Origin: Tubiluchus corallicola
Lineage: Eukaryota > Animalia > Priapulida
DNA: 64,000 nt
Direction: 5' to 3'
Assembly (NCBI GenBank): GCA_030141605.1
Contig: JAQGDQ010000514.1
Span: 93,227 to 157,226, forward strand
Shown here piece after piece: positions 11,641-24,113 of this stretch (position 1 is the stretch's first letter; each line of letters opens with the position of its first letter). Under the pieces are notes generated by a model. It ran no database searches. It was given only the letters and a program-made list of their open reading frames with translations, and had not been told where the DNA came from. A program made the translations under genes and the position numbers.

Positions 11641-12230
11641 ACACGACTATCTTAAGAACATAGCTGACACTCAAACTCTTTACCATCATGATAAATTTTC
11701 AAATGTCCTTGATAATTTTGATTTCGTGATCTGTGACTCTATCGATTTTCTCCACCTTCGGGCCATTTCTAGCAACGATTATATTTCGAAGTGTGAAGCA
11801 AAAGTTAAAAATAAAGGCACCTTTTAGTTTAGTATTGGGTTAGAACAAATTAAAAACTTAAATATTTTAAAATTAAATTTACAAACACTACAAATTTCAC
11901 ATATCTCCTAACGTTAAAGCAAATCAAGTTTATATTTTCCTCCAATGTTCTGAAAAATTAGATAACAAAGAAGGTTTAGTTGCTTGGTCCGCTTGGTATC
12001 AATTCATACATTTTGTTGTTCGTTATCGCATGTACGCTGTAGAAAATGCTTTTAAACGTAAAATGAAACAATTGACGTTAGCCCATCCTATTCTTTCTAA
12101 AGTTAAAGATAAGCCTTGCCACTACACAACCTTCTCCCCTACCCTAACGTCAGACCGCTTTGAAACCATGTTTGAATGTAAGCATAACAAGCTCAAAATT
12201 AACCATCGCCTTAACCGTATCGAAGCAATT
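11641..12230 (+). pseudogene. EVE virus B continuation (MTase C-half)
   Basis: WPI|EHDYLKN...NFDFVICDS is in frame with 9704-9963 after removing the transposon plus one TSD. Confidence 0.7.
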
Positions 12231-12284
12231 TTGGGTCACTAAGCACTGAAATTGGCTATTTAAACGTTGCTGCTCCATTATGTA

Positions 12285-13570
12285 GTTACTATTTGAGCCA
12301 CGTACACGTCTTTCTTTAGATATTTGGCAATAGTTTCATGAAAGTTACAACAATGGAGAACGGTGGGATGATGACAGCCATATTAGTAAGTGTAATATAC
12401 AGTTACCATTTGAGCCACGTACACGTCTTTCTTTAGATATTTGGCAATAGTTTCATGAAAGTTACATTCATTACAATGGAGAACGGTGGGATGATGACAG
12501 CCATATTAGTAAGTGTAATATACAGTTACTATTTGAGCCACGTACACATCTTTCTTTAGATATTTGGCAATAGTTTCATGAAAGTTACATTCATTACAAT
12601 GGAGAATGGTGGGATGATGACAGCCATATTAGTAAGTGTAATATACAGTTACTATTTGAGCCACGTACACGTCTTTCTTTAGATATTTGGCAATAGTTTC
12701 ATGAAAGTTACATTCATTACAATGGAGAACGGTGGGATGATGACAGCCATATTAGTAAGTGTAATATACAGTTACTATTTGAGCCACGTACACGTCTTTC
12801 TTTAGATATTTGGCAATAGTTTCATGAAAGTTACAACAATGGAGAACGGTGGGATGATGACAGCCATATTAGTAAGTGTAATATACAGTTGCTATTTGAG
12901 CCACGTACACGTCTTTCTTTAGATATTTGGCAATAGTTTCACAAAAGTTACATTCATTACAATGGAGAATGGTGGGATGATGACAGCCATATTAGTAAGT
13001 GTAATATACAGTTACTATTTGAGCCACGTACACGTCTTTCTTTAGATATTTGGCAATAGTTTCATGAAAGTTACATTCATTACAATATTAGTAAGTGTAA
13101 TATACAGTTACTATTTGAGCCACGTACACGTCTTTCTTTAGATATTTGGCAATAGTTTCATGAAAGTTACAACAATGGAGAATGGTGGGATGATGACAGC
13201 CATATTAGTAAGTGTAATATACAGTTGCTATTTGAGCCACGTACACGTCTTTCTTTAGATATTTGGCAATAGTTTCACGAAAGTTACATTCATTACAATG
13301 GAGAACGGTGGGATGATGACAGCCATATTAGTAAGTGTAATATACAGTTACTATTTGAGCCACGTACACGTCTTTCTTTAGATATTTGGCAATAGTTTCA
13401 TGAAAGTTACAACAATGGAGAACGGTGGGATAATGACAGCCATATTAGTAAGTGTAATATACAGTTACTATTTGAGCCACGTACACGTCTTTCTTTAGAT
13501 ATTTGGCAATAGTTTCATGAAAGTTACAACAATGGAGAACGGTGGGATGATGACAGCCATATTAGTAAGT
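12285..13570 (+). repeat. 123/117-bp tandem repeat, ~11 copies (same family as 1346-1822)
   Basis: Same unit, preceded by the same flank gggtcactaagcactgaaattggc as at ~1294. Confidence 0.95.
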
Positions 13571-14151
13571 ATTTTCCGCTAGTTTGATGTGACCTCAGAT
13601 TTAAGACCACCATTACCAAAGCTTATTTTAATTTCCACATAATAATCATAATAGTTGTACTCTTGATTTATGAGCACAATTAGCAAAGCTTATTTTAATT
13701 TCCGCATAATAACCATTAATATATTTATTTGTAAAAAAAACACTACGTTATTGGGACGTAATAACGAGATTAGGGCGATAAAAATCCCTTCTAATTGTAA
13801 TTTAAGTAGGGGTCGCTCGCTTGCTATTTTTCAAATAAAAGAGTTGTTTCCGCGAATGAAAAAGACCATACGTGTTCGTTCGTTTGCTCAGTGGCGGCAC
13901 CGTGGACGCTCCGAAATTTGGGGTAAGTGTAATTTTATTCTTTAGCGTGTTTTTAGTTTTATAATGACACTTTATTGCTTTTTCAATAGCAAAGCAATAG
14001 ACTTTAATTACATCATAATTCGTGTAAGTGAAATTCTTCTTTGCAATAACGTGTGCACACGCGAATTCCATGCTATAACGTTTGAATAGCGTTAATTATT
14101 TTCTTACAGAATACGGCTTTATAAGAATCAACAAACACCGTCTTAATCATC

Positions 14152-15662
14152 ATGGACCCAGAACGCATTTTCAGGTGCCAGGTGGCAGTGAGAAGATTAC
14201 GCATTGTCACCTGCGATATATGCGGGCGGGTCTGTCGTAGTATGAGAGCTATGCAGAGACACGTCACGATCGATCATTATGGCCACGAAAGAAACTTTCT
14301 TTGCCACGTGTGTGGTCATACGGTCATGACGCAATACGGTCTAAGCTCTCATCTACTACGGAGACATCCAGCGAGACGACAGCGGCGACAACAGCAGCAT
14401 CAAAATGGTGGCCGAGATGGCGGCGACGATGATGATGACGATGGGCCGTTTTGTGTGAGCAATGTGGGCTGCTGTTTCACACAATGGCAGCTTTAGAGAG
14501 GCACGCCGCACAACAGCAGCGTGGCGACCAAGATGGCGATGATGATGATGATGCTGATGAAGCTGCTGGTGGGCCGTTTTTGTGTGGCCAATGCGGCATG
14601 CTGTTCCACACAATGGCAGCTTTAGAGAGCCATGGCCCACAACAGCAGCAGCAGCATCAAAATGGTGGCCGAGATGGCGGCGATGACGATGATGATGATG
14701 CTGATGCTGGTGGGCCGTTTTTGTGCAGCCAATGCGGCATGCTGTTCAACACATTGGCGGCTTTAGAGAGCCACGTCACACAACAGCAGCAGCAACAAAA
14801 TAGCGACGACATGGATGATGATGATGATGCTGATGCTGGTGGGTCGTTTTTGTGTGGGCAATGCGGCATGGTGTTCCACACATTGGCGGCTTTAGAGTGG
14901 CATGCCACACAACAGCAGCAGCAACAAAATGGTGGCTGTGACGACGACGGGCTGTTTTTGTGTGGGCAATGCGGCATGGTGTTCCACACATTGGCGGCTT
15001 TAGAGAGGCACGCCACACAACAGCAGCAGTAACAAAATGGCGCTCGAGATGGCGACGCCATGGATGATGATGATGCTGATGCTGGTGGGTCGTTTTTGTG
15101 TGGGCAATGCGGCATGGCGTTCCACACATTGGCGGCTTTAGAGTGGCACGCCACACAACAGCAGCAGTAACAAAATGGCGCTCGAGATGGTGACGCCATG
15201 GATGATGATGATGATGCTGATGCTGGTGGGTCGTTTTTGTGTGGGCAATGTGGCATGGCGTTCCACACATTGGCGGCTTTAGAGTGGCACGCCACACAAC
15301 AGCAGCAGCAACAAAATGGTGGCTGTGACGACGACGGGCCGTTTTTGTGTGGGCAATGCGGCATGGTGTTCCACACATTGGCGGCTTTAGAGTGGCACGC
15401 CACACAACAGCAGCAGCAACAAAATGGTGGCTGTGACGACGACGGGCCGTTTTTGTGTGGGCAATGCGGCATGGCGTTCCACACATTGGCGGCTTTAGAG
15501 TGGCACGCCACACAACAGCAGCAGCAACAAAATGGTGGCTGTGACGACGACGGGCCGTTTTTGTGTGGGCAATGCGGCATGGCGTTCCACACATTGGCGG
15601 CTTTAGAGTGGCACGCCACACAACAGCAGCAGCAACAAAATGGTGGCTGTGACGACGACGGG
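14152..15662 (+). pseudogene. C2H2 zinc-finger gene, copy 2
   Basis: MDPERIFRCQ..CDIC..CHVC; frameshift and stops; predicted intron 13923-14109. Confidence 0.75.
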
Positions 15663-16567
15663 CCATATCTAATGGAAAGGCATGTCACAGGAAAGGTACT
15701 TGAGTTAGGTGGAGGCGCTGGAGGAGGAACCCAATGGTTGGTCACCCAGAAGAAAGTTAAAGAAGTGACCACTCTATGCTTTGATAGAGAGGGACATGGC
15801 CGCCATCGATTGGGGGAAGAGAGAACTAACGGCTATGAGAAAAGCCACCTCCATTATTTTTCGACGTCTGTCAATTACATTTAATGTTTCAGCGGAAGTT
15901 GGATGGCAGGTCAATGCGGCCAGTTGCATTAGCGGTAAAACGTTTAAAGGTAAGCAGGAAATTTACACTATGTAGATTTTTTAGTTAGCAAATAGATAGG
16001 TATCAAATTAGCGATAAGATATTGAGGCAGCTGTTTTAACTGTTTCGTCGTTTTGAAGTTATTTATTTATGTTGCAACTATAGCCTGAGGGAAAATACGA
16101 CTGGCTAGTGTCAGATATAGGTGAAACAAAAACTCAATTTGACTACCAAACCTTATATTCCCGTAGAAAGAGAGAAAACTTTGACCGGATATTAACAAAA
16201 GACAAACCAAAATTAATAGTCTATAAAGAGTTAAGCCCGGGTGATTACAAGCTTGAGGAGTTTGTGAACAAATGGGGCTTGCGTGCTGTTAAGTTGCCTT
16301 ATACTAGGAACTCCGGCACGGAATTCTACTTAGTCAATTTTGGGGAAGGCATGGAATACAGAGAAATGGCTAGGGTGGCCACTGAGCTGATGACTCGGAT
16401 GAGAGTTATGGGACCTCCTATTACAGTAATGGAGAGTGAGAAAGAAATCAAAGAGGAATATTATCACCAAAGTAAACCAGACCCAAACAGGAGGAATCCA
16501 CTTAAAGCACCAGACTAGACACTAACCATAGAAAACCTCAAATTCAAGTATAATGTCAGACCTCCTA
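15663..16567 (+). pseudogene. EVE virus A NS5 methyltransferase, copy 2
   Basis: Near-identical to 6470-7374. Confidence 0.9.
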
Positions 16568-16740
16568 GGACGTATTAAAGGAAACGTTTCATTGCCAACC
16601 ATGCATAATTGTTGCCATGCCAACCATGCATAAACGACTGCATAAACATAACATAAACATATACATAAACATAGAACTCCATACACAAAGACGCCTACAA
16701 AATATTGAATAGTATAGAATATAGGAACAATTAAACGAAC

Positions 16741-17178
16741 ATGTATAAGAGGATCATACCAATGATGTTTTTCATTTCTATGGTCAATGGAACGAAGGAA
16801 ATGAGAAATGAAACGAGAGGAGAAAAAACTCCTACCCTGAGTGCATGCACTGCACTACCTACAATACATAGGCATTATACATGCCCAGTTAAGAGCTGTT
16901 ATGGATCCATGGTTGTTGTGGACCCAACAGTGCCATGTATATACGTTCAGAACTGTAAACCAGGAGAGTATATGCACTATAATTGTACTTGTGGGAATAA
17001 GAAAGCTGATTACTGCACACATCAGAGTGCCAAATATTTTCAGGATATGACGTGCCAAACTCCTTATGATGATTTAAATGGGATTGGAAATGACCCAACC
17101 ATATGTTCAATTGGAAGTAAAAAACTCCAAGATTGTGAAGAGGAGAATAGAAGAGAAGAATCTATCCTGTATGTAAGT
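16741..17178 (+). pseudogene. Signal-peptide Cys-rich fragment, copy 2
   Basis: Same translation as ORF 7548. Confidence 0.45.
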
Positions 17179-17652
17179 GATTTATGCATAAACATATGCA
17201 TAAACATATCATCTTTAGCTACCGGGTCTTTACCAAACAATTTTCATCAGCATCACACTGACTCACAGTCACTAGTAAACACTTTAAACTGTCTTCCCTA
17301 ATCAATGATGGTAATTCGATGAAAACCTTTTATTTTTCCATATGAATGCGAGTCGCTTGTACCTTAATTAAAATTTCATCACAACAGATCCTTCCATAGT
17401 TATTTATTTATTGATATTTTTTACAGAGCTTGTACCTTGTGAGGAGAGTCTGGAAGGTTTTGACCTCAGCTGGGATTCGACTGAGCAGAACTCAGAAGCA
17501 GGTGTTTCTACAGTAACCAGTGAACCAGTAAGCGAATTCAAGTGGTGTATGGTGAGTACGAACAGCCAACGATGTTTTAGCACTTTGTCCATCTCATTTC
17601 TCGAGATGAAAATGTGTTAGACATTTTTAATTATCAAATACAGACATATATA

Positions 17653-18048
17653 AACATAAAATTCACACTAATTTATGAAAGAATACATTACATTAACTAT
17701 TTGGACAATTCATTATTCTTCTGGCTTTTCATAGTCTGCGTTTTATACAGAAGTGGATATGAAATAATGGCACTCACTTTTATAGCATATGTTTACTTTA
17801 TGTACCGATGTGACACATTCATGGGTATGGTGTTAGTATTCATAGGTTGGTCAATTAACACAACAATGGTGACTATTGGCATCCTCATGATGTTAGGTAT
17901 CACTAATCATTTAGTGGCAACAGTAAATGAAGCAATAGCTAGGGTGTACTACAAGAAAAGGACAAGAGGGTACTACAATAAGCATGATCTGGTATATATG
18001 ATCATGATGCTCTTACTTCCTATGGAGATGCACAGGATCCTTTCAACA
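17653..18048 (+). pseudogene. Membrane protein fragment, copy 2
   Basis: Same translation as ORF 8421. Confidence 0.4.
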
Positions 18049-18050
18049 TT

Positions 18051-19148
18051 ATGTTATTCGGCTCTCACGTACTTATTGGATCTGTAGAAAAAGTGATTGA
18101 TGGTGAATTAGAACTTAATACCATTCTCTACGACGCTTTTAGATCCGGCCCTCATGGAATTCTCCACGCTATCTTTAGGACAGTTAAATTAATTTATAAC
18201 ATTTTATTTGGTGATAGCGACGAAATTCAACATAGCTCACAATGGTATCCTTATTTTAAACAAAAATTGACTGATTTAATATCCAAAGGTAAATCAGGCT
18301 CACGTTCTGCCGTTGAATGGACCACCTGCTTTCTCCTACTAAAAGTGCTACCTAAAATTGCAAAATGTGGCTTTCATGTTTATGATTATATTATGGACTC
18401 TCACGACCAACATCAAGGGATAAAAGAATTTTTTAACTTTTTGGAAACTGAAGACAGCCGTGAAATGTTGCAGCGCTTTTTGAAACAAGGCACAGTAGGG
18501 CTTCTTTTTGATCCGGATGATTTTAAACAATGGCAAGAAGATAACAACATCATAGGTCAAGTTCCACATTGTTCTGTAGGAATTTTGGGTAACATAATCG
18601 ATTTATTTGAATCTTTTGAAACTAGTGTAGAGCAAATATTCTTCTCTCCAAAAATTCACAATGCTGTATTGGATCGCGAACAAGCTAAGCAAGTTCCCAA
18701 ATGCAAAAACCCCACCTCTCGTATTTCCGCTTTAAAATATGTTAGTTGTGCTTCTGTCCCTGTAATTGACCCTCTGGATTATCCTTCTGTCCCTTTTAAT
18801 AGCGCCACTCCATTCCTCCATGCGCTGATGAGTCTACTGCCACTACGTAAGCTGCCTTTAATAATGTAGAACAACTATGCTTAAAGACACCTGAATTGGT
18901 GCGTAGTGGCCTCGAGAAGAAAAATTTAACTATATCACACAAAATTCTTTCTGGGTACAACGTAATTTAGATAAAAATTTCCCGTTCTTTAGAGATTTCG
19001 ATGAAGAAGAAAGTGTAATTAAGCCCAAGTATGTAAAAGTCTTCGACGCCACGCCAGGCCGTGGCGGCACCACACAATACATATGGCAATCCACCCTTAA
19101 TGCTGACATTCATTTCTATCAGGACCCTCAAGATAAATGGCCCATTGA
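18051..19148 (+). pseudogene. EVE virus B N-part, copy 2
   Basis: Near-identical to 8858-9963 with small indels. Confidence 0.7.
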
Positions 19149-19507
19149 CATTCCTGTCAACCTATACGGTTTGGCCGTATTGCTGTACGGGAAAAATGCA
19201 TTTTTGGCCCAATACGGCTTACAAGAAAATCCATACGGCGAAAAGAAAAATATACGGCAAAATCAAAATGTTGCTCAGCGAAAATAATCGCATCGAATAT
19301 TCCCTTTTCGATCGGTACTTTCATGCAGACGATCTTACTTCCGTTCAAACGTCGTCATTGCGCACACTCAGCTAATAATTTTTAACATCCGGTTAACCAC
19401 TTCCGCTATTTCATTCGTGAGAAAAAACACGGCAAGCGAACGTGTTCCTCCAGCGAAAAAGCAAAAAACTGGAACTGGACGTCATTTAAAAGAATGGGAG
19501 AGCCAAA

Positions 19508-21022
19508 ATGCTTATTATACCTTCTTAGTTATGCTTGCTCTCTCTACTTCCATTCATGGAACTATTGTAAGTGTGAACAGTATCATCCCTCAACTGTCTC
19601 AGGAGGCGATTTACAAGCACCAAGACGTTTTAGCGTCATATGGGATTATCATCACTGATCCCAAGCCCATTGGGTATCAAGTATCCCAATCTTACAAGAT
19701 AATAAGAGTAGAAATGTCCAAAGCATGGAACATTCACTACCAGCTCTTCAATGATCCAGAAAATGACTACCCCTCCAAGGCCAACCATCGAGATAAAAGA
19801 TTCCTAGGAATGATTGTAGCCGGTGCTGCGATGGCAGAAGCCACTGCAGCCTTAGCATTGGGGGCAACCAACAGGGCCGAAATTAATGCCCTCAACAGGA
19901 AAATGAGTGAGTTAAAAAACAACCAAGATATGATGAACCACGAGCTGACTGTAGTAAATAAGGAAGTTGGCATTTTAGGACATGACCTGGAAGAATTGGA
20001 ACGACTTGTTGGTAATGTTGACCATAACGTCCACAAGCTTATGCAGGCCCATGCAAAAGATATGACTCAGCTCCATGAATATCTAAATTCAGTTAGGTAT
20101 GGACATGGATTGAGATCTATAACATCGTCTAAGATAGATCCACTCCTCATAAGCCCGACTCAATTTAATCTTCTCATGTCTAATCCCAACTGCAGTGTCC
20201 CTTTGTCCTATGGTGCAAGCAGAGCAATAGTAATCAAATCAGAACCGGAGAGGTTGTGGATGTTGGTTAATGTGAGAGAGATCATTCAATCACCAAGCAG
20301 AGTGCATGTCAAAACCAAAAATGGTCCCCATAGTTAAAGGGGGCACTTGGGTGATTCATGGGGCTCCATTTGACATGATTTTGGACCTCAAGAGTATTAA
20401 GATTATTCCCCCTGGGTCCTGCCAGGACTTCAACGTGATTGTATGCTCTGATGACCTAGAGACACAACCATTTGACCAGTCTTTAAAGTATGAAAGATCT
20501 CCTGAAAATTGGGGTATTGTGACCTTAATGGGGGGTTGGATAGTCCAGAAGCAAGCCAGTTATCAACTTAGAACGGTCTTCACTCATTCAGGGGCCTCTG
20601 AGAGGACAATACCCAAAAATTCCAGCCTTGTTTTAACGTGTAAGAAGATCCTAGAGTACCACTTACCTGGTTACTTACTTCGATGCAGTGACACTCTGCA
20701 TAGGCTGAAAAGCTGGATCCCAAGATTAGAAAGCCATAATTTGACAAGCTATACAGATGAGATCAATGTCCTAATAAATAAGACTCATGCTTTACTCATC
20801 TCTCATCATGAAATTGAACCTCTCAGCTGGTATGAAGACTATTCATCTGCTAGAGACTGGTTATGGTTGATATCAGTAGTAACTTCTGTTGAGGTTAACC
20901 TGTTAATTATTTGGATTATATACAGACTGGTAAAGATTCGAGTTAAAAACCGCAAAATGATCCAGGGTGAAGAGGTAGAAATGCAAGAATACAACAGTAG
21001 AAGATCAGAAGATCAGCCCTAG
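19508..21022 (+). pseudogene. EVE virus C: full-length fusion glycoprotein gene (frameshifts at the start codon and ~20320)
   Basis: ORFs 19417-20337 and 20306-21022 join into signal-F2-RDKR|F1-heptad-Cys region-TM (WLWLISVV..LLIIWIIY)-basic tail. Confidence 0.85.
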
Positions 21023-21093
21023 CTACTCTTTAGAACATGGAACAATTCAGCTTGCTAGTCATATCCCCATTAATCGCTTCACTTTTTATCTTG

Positions 21094-21114
21094 TAAAAAA
21101 ATGAAGTCAAAATG
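21094..21114 (+). promoter_or_regulatory. Mononegavirus gene-end / intergenic / gene-start junction (TAAAAAAA-T-GAAGTCAAAATG)
   Basis: Lies between the G stop and L start; GAAGTCAAAATG also precedes G at 22787-22798. Confidence 0.75.
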
Positions 21115-21880
21115 ACTTATGAGAGACACCTCAACTCACCTCTCAGCCTGGAATTTGAGAATGCTTTTATATTTGATATACATCACAAAACTCCAACAGA
21201 AGTAGCCAAAATTTGGGCTCTTGGACCTCCAGGAAAATGTCAATATCTGGATTACTTGAAAAAAGTTTCTCAGGAAATCAAGATCAGCCCTCCAGAACCT
21301 CTAGCGAGTTACCAGCACTCTAGGATGATGGAGAACTGCAATTCCTTTTTTTGGAAAAGAAAGAAGTCACCCACTGAAGGAGAAGCCACCGACCAATCCA
21401 GGAGAGAACCTCCACAGAAGGAGGAATATGAAATCAAAGAGATTAAACTTGGGGACATGGCAAAACCCGCTACAGAGCTACAACATGCTGAGGAAACAAT
21501 TGCGAGATATGCCAAGAGCTATCTGGCCGGCAAATATGAACATATTCCTCCACGACTTAGCATTGATATCAGTCTACTTCAAAGAAGACTGCTGCTAGAA
21601 AAGATCAGCAGCATTTTTGCCAACTCATCTGTAGCCAACAACAATCCGATTTTAATCAAAATTAATTCGAATCATGTCTTCCACTTGTTGGGCCATTCTC
21701 TATTTGAACACCGCCGTGATAGTATAATTGTAACACATGTCAGTCATTTCACGGGGGGACTAGATGCAGCAATTTCTCGACTTACTGTCAAAATCTTACA
21801 TGCTCTGCTAGATCAAGAAGATCAATCAGAGAAGCGCAATGTTATAGAAGAGTTCATAGAACTCATTCATAAGCATATAC
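21112..21880 (+). pseudogene. EVE virus C: L polymerase N-terminal fragment
   Basis: HLNSPL N-terminal L motif; colinear with the L at 42374 onward. Confidence 0.88.
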
Positions 21881-22296
21881 TTGTTCCCATAAATCTCAGA
21901 AAATAAAGCGGAGGCAAAGCGGTAACAAAAAATTCATCGTTCGTTTTTTTCAGTTCCTCGAGGCAGAGAAAAGTTTAAGTTTGTTATTTCATGTTTATTA
22001 AGTCCAAAGATTGTTCAGTAGCATCACTATCTAGTATTACATAAACTCTCTATCGCACTGCGAGTGTCATTTCCACCGACATTATTTCCCATTCTGACGT
22101 TGTTTTTGGAAAGATTTCTTCAAGTATTGCTGTTGCAACTAGTAAATAATCAATAGACTGCAAACGAGTTGTGTGCGCCTCGCTGAATGAAGTAAGCGTC
22201 TTGCTGTTCATCCTTTAAAAAATCTACTCAAATTTATGTGTAGGCCTGGGGACAAGCGGTATGAATGTTGTAAGAATGATGTGTAAAAGTAATAAT

Positions 22297-22786
22297 ATTG
22301 TTCTGCAGGGCTGTGATGAGATAGTGTAATACTGGCAGGGGAATACAGCAGACTGCTCAGGTGTGCGTGTGAACGTGACTTTATCTAGCACATAGACTCT
22401 TATTCTGACCTTGTGTTAGTAGGAGCCACTAGTCACGTGCACACCTGAGCTTATAAAAAGGGTAGGTCTGCTGTAGATCCTTGTCAGTGGTCGTCTCATC
22501 TCAGCTCTGTTCACATTTCAGGCTTTGCTCTGTTCTATTCTGTTCGGTAAGCTATTTGGAATATTTTATAATAAATTGTCATTTTGATTTTATTATTCAT
22601 TGTGGTTTTGGTTTGGCATTGACTTAGTTGAGACATGCCGCACGGTGTAGGCCGCGGTGCCATCCGTCCTGCCTCCGTTAAAAGCGGACAGCAGCCCAAT
22701 ATTTTAAGAAAGTTTTGTTTGCAGCAGAAATGTTATAGAAACTTTTTATTGTTTTTATACCTATCTATTGTCTTTTTTATATACAG
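22297..22786 (+). promoter_or_regulatory. Promoter cassette copy 2 plus predicted intron 22547-22786
   Basis: TATAAAAAG 22452, TCAGT 22484, GTAAGC 22547, polypyrimidine tract plus TACAG 22786. Confidence 0.65.
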
Positions 22787-22795
22787 GAAGTCAAA

Positions 22796-23689
22796 ATGGC
22801 TTATTATACCTTCTTAGTTATGCTTGCTCTCTCTACTTCCATTCATGGAACTATTGTAAGTGTGAACAGTATCATCCCTCAACTGTCTCAGGAGGCGATT
22901 TACAAGCACCAAGACGTTTTAGCGTCATATGGGATTATCATCACTGATCCCAAGCCCATTGGGTATCAAGTATCCCAATCTTACAAGATAATAAGAGTAG
23001 AAATGTCCAAAGCATGGAACATTCACTACCAGCTCTTCAATGATCCAGAAAATGACTACCCCTCCAAGGCCAACCATCGAGATAAAAGATTCCTAGGAAT
23101 GATTGTAGCCGGTGCTGCGATGGCAGAAGCCACTGCAGCCTTAGCATTGGGGGCAACCAACAGGGCCGAAATTAATGCCCTCAACAGGAAAATGAGTGAG
23201 TTAAAAAACAACCAAGATATGATGAACCACGAGCTGACTGTAGTAAATAAGGAAGTTGGCATTTTAGGACATGACCTGGAAGAATTGGAACGACTTGTTG
23301 GTAATGTTGACCATAACGTCCACAAGCTTATGCAGGCCCATGCAAAAGATATGACTCAGCTCCATGAATATCTAAATTCAGTTAGGTATGGACATGGATT
23401 GAGATCTATAACATCGTCTAAGATAGATTCACTCCTCATAAGCCCGACTCAATTTAATCTTCTCATGTCTAATCCCAACTGCAGTGTCCCTTTGTCCTAT
23501 GGTGCAAGCAGAGCAATAGTAATCAAATCAGAACCGGAGAGGTTGTGGATGTTGGTTAATGTGAGAGAGATCATTCAATCACCAAGCAGAGTGCATGTCA
23601 AAACCAAAAATGTTTTGTGGTGGAGCATACGCTGGATGGGTGAAAGCCTCGTCAGAAGGCTCCGACTACTCGTTTTGTGTTCCATGTAG
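22796..23689 (+). CDS. EVE virus C: truncated anchorless fusion glycoprotein, intact ORF
   Basis: 297 aa; signal peptide, furin site, fusion peptide, heptad repeat; native TM absent; 25-aa tail from transposon DNA. Confidence 0.8.
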   Translation: MAYYTFLVMLALSTSIHGTIVSVNSIIPQLSQEAIYKHQDVLASYGIIITDPKPIGYQVSQSYKIIRVEMSKAWNIHYQLFNDPENDYPSKANHRDKRFLGMIVAGAAMAEATAALALGATNRAEINALNRKMSELKNNQDMMNHELTVVNKEVGILGHDLEELERLVGNVDHNVHKLMQAHAKDMTQLHEYLNSVRYGHGLRSITSSKIDSLLISPTQFNLLMSNPNCSVPLSYGASRAIVIKSEPERLWMLVNVREIIQSPSRVHVKTKNVLWWSIRWMGESLVRRLRLLVLCSM

Positions 23690-24113
23690 GAAAAATGTGA
23701 AAGTGCGAGCGTCCGGGTTTTACGACCTGAAGAGCCATTTCTCATCAACACGTGGACACAAGGAAAGTGTGGCGAAAACTAAAACTTTTCGGTCGATGGA
23801 TGATCATTTCAAACCAGCGAAGGAACCTGTTGTTAGCTCTAATGCCACAGCTGCAGAAATTTTATTTTGTCAGTTTGTGGCCGAACACAACTTGCCACCT
23901 TCCATTGCTGACCATTTCAGTTCCAGTTTTTTTGTTCCAATTATTTTTTGTTGTTGTGTGGACTGATATGCGATCTCCTGACTGGTCTGTTTCTGTTGGC
24001 TCCCAGCAAATTAACACATTTTCAGATTCGGTAAGGTCCCGTGCTGTCTTATAAGGTTTAGCAAGACCCTATATAAGGGCAACGCTAATAACAGGTTGAC
24101 AAGTATGCATTGA

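Larger units (their letters stand above)
4390..12230 (+). repeat. Segmental duplication unit 1 (unit 2 = ~13680-24703)
   Basis: Near-identical ORFs offset by 9193 bp (6915/16108, 7548/16741); 10323-12230 matches 22796-24703. Confidence 0.95.
19149..24107 (+). mobile_element. hAT-type transposon, long version (~5 kb) containing viral G-L, promoter cassette and second G
   Basis: Same TIRs; TSD CATTGA at 19143-19148 and 24108-24113. Confidence 0.85.
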
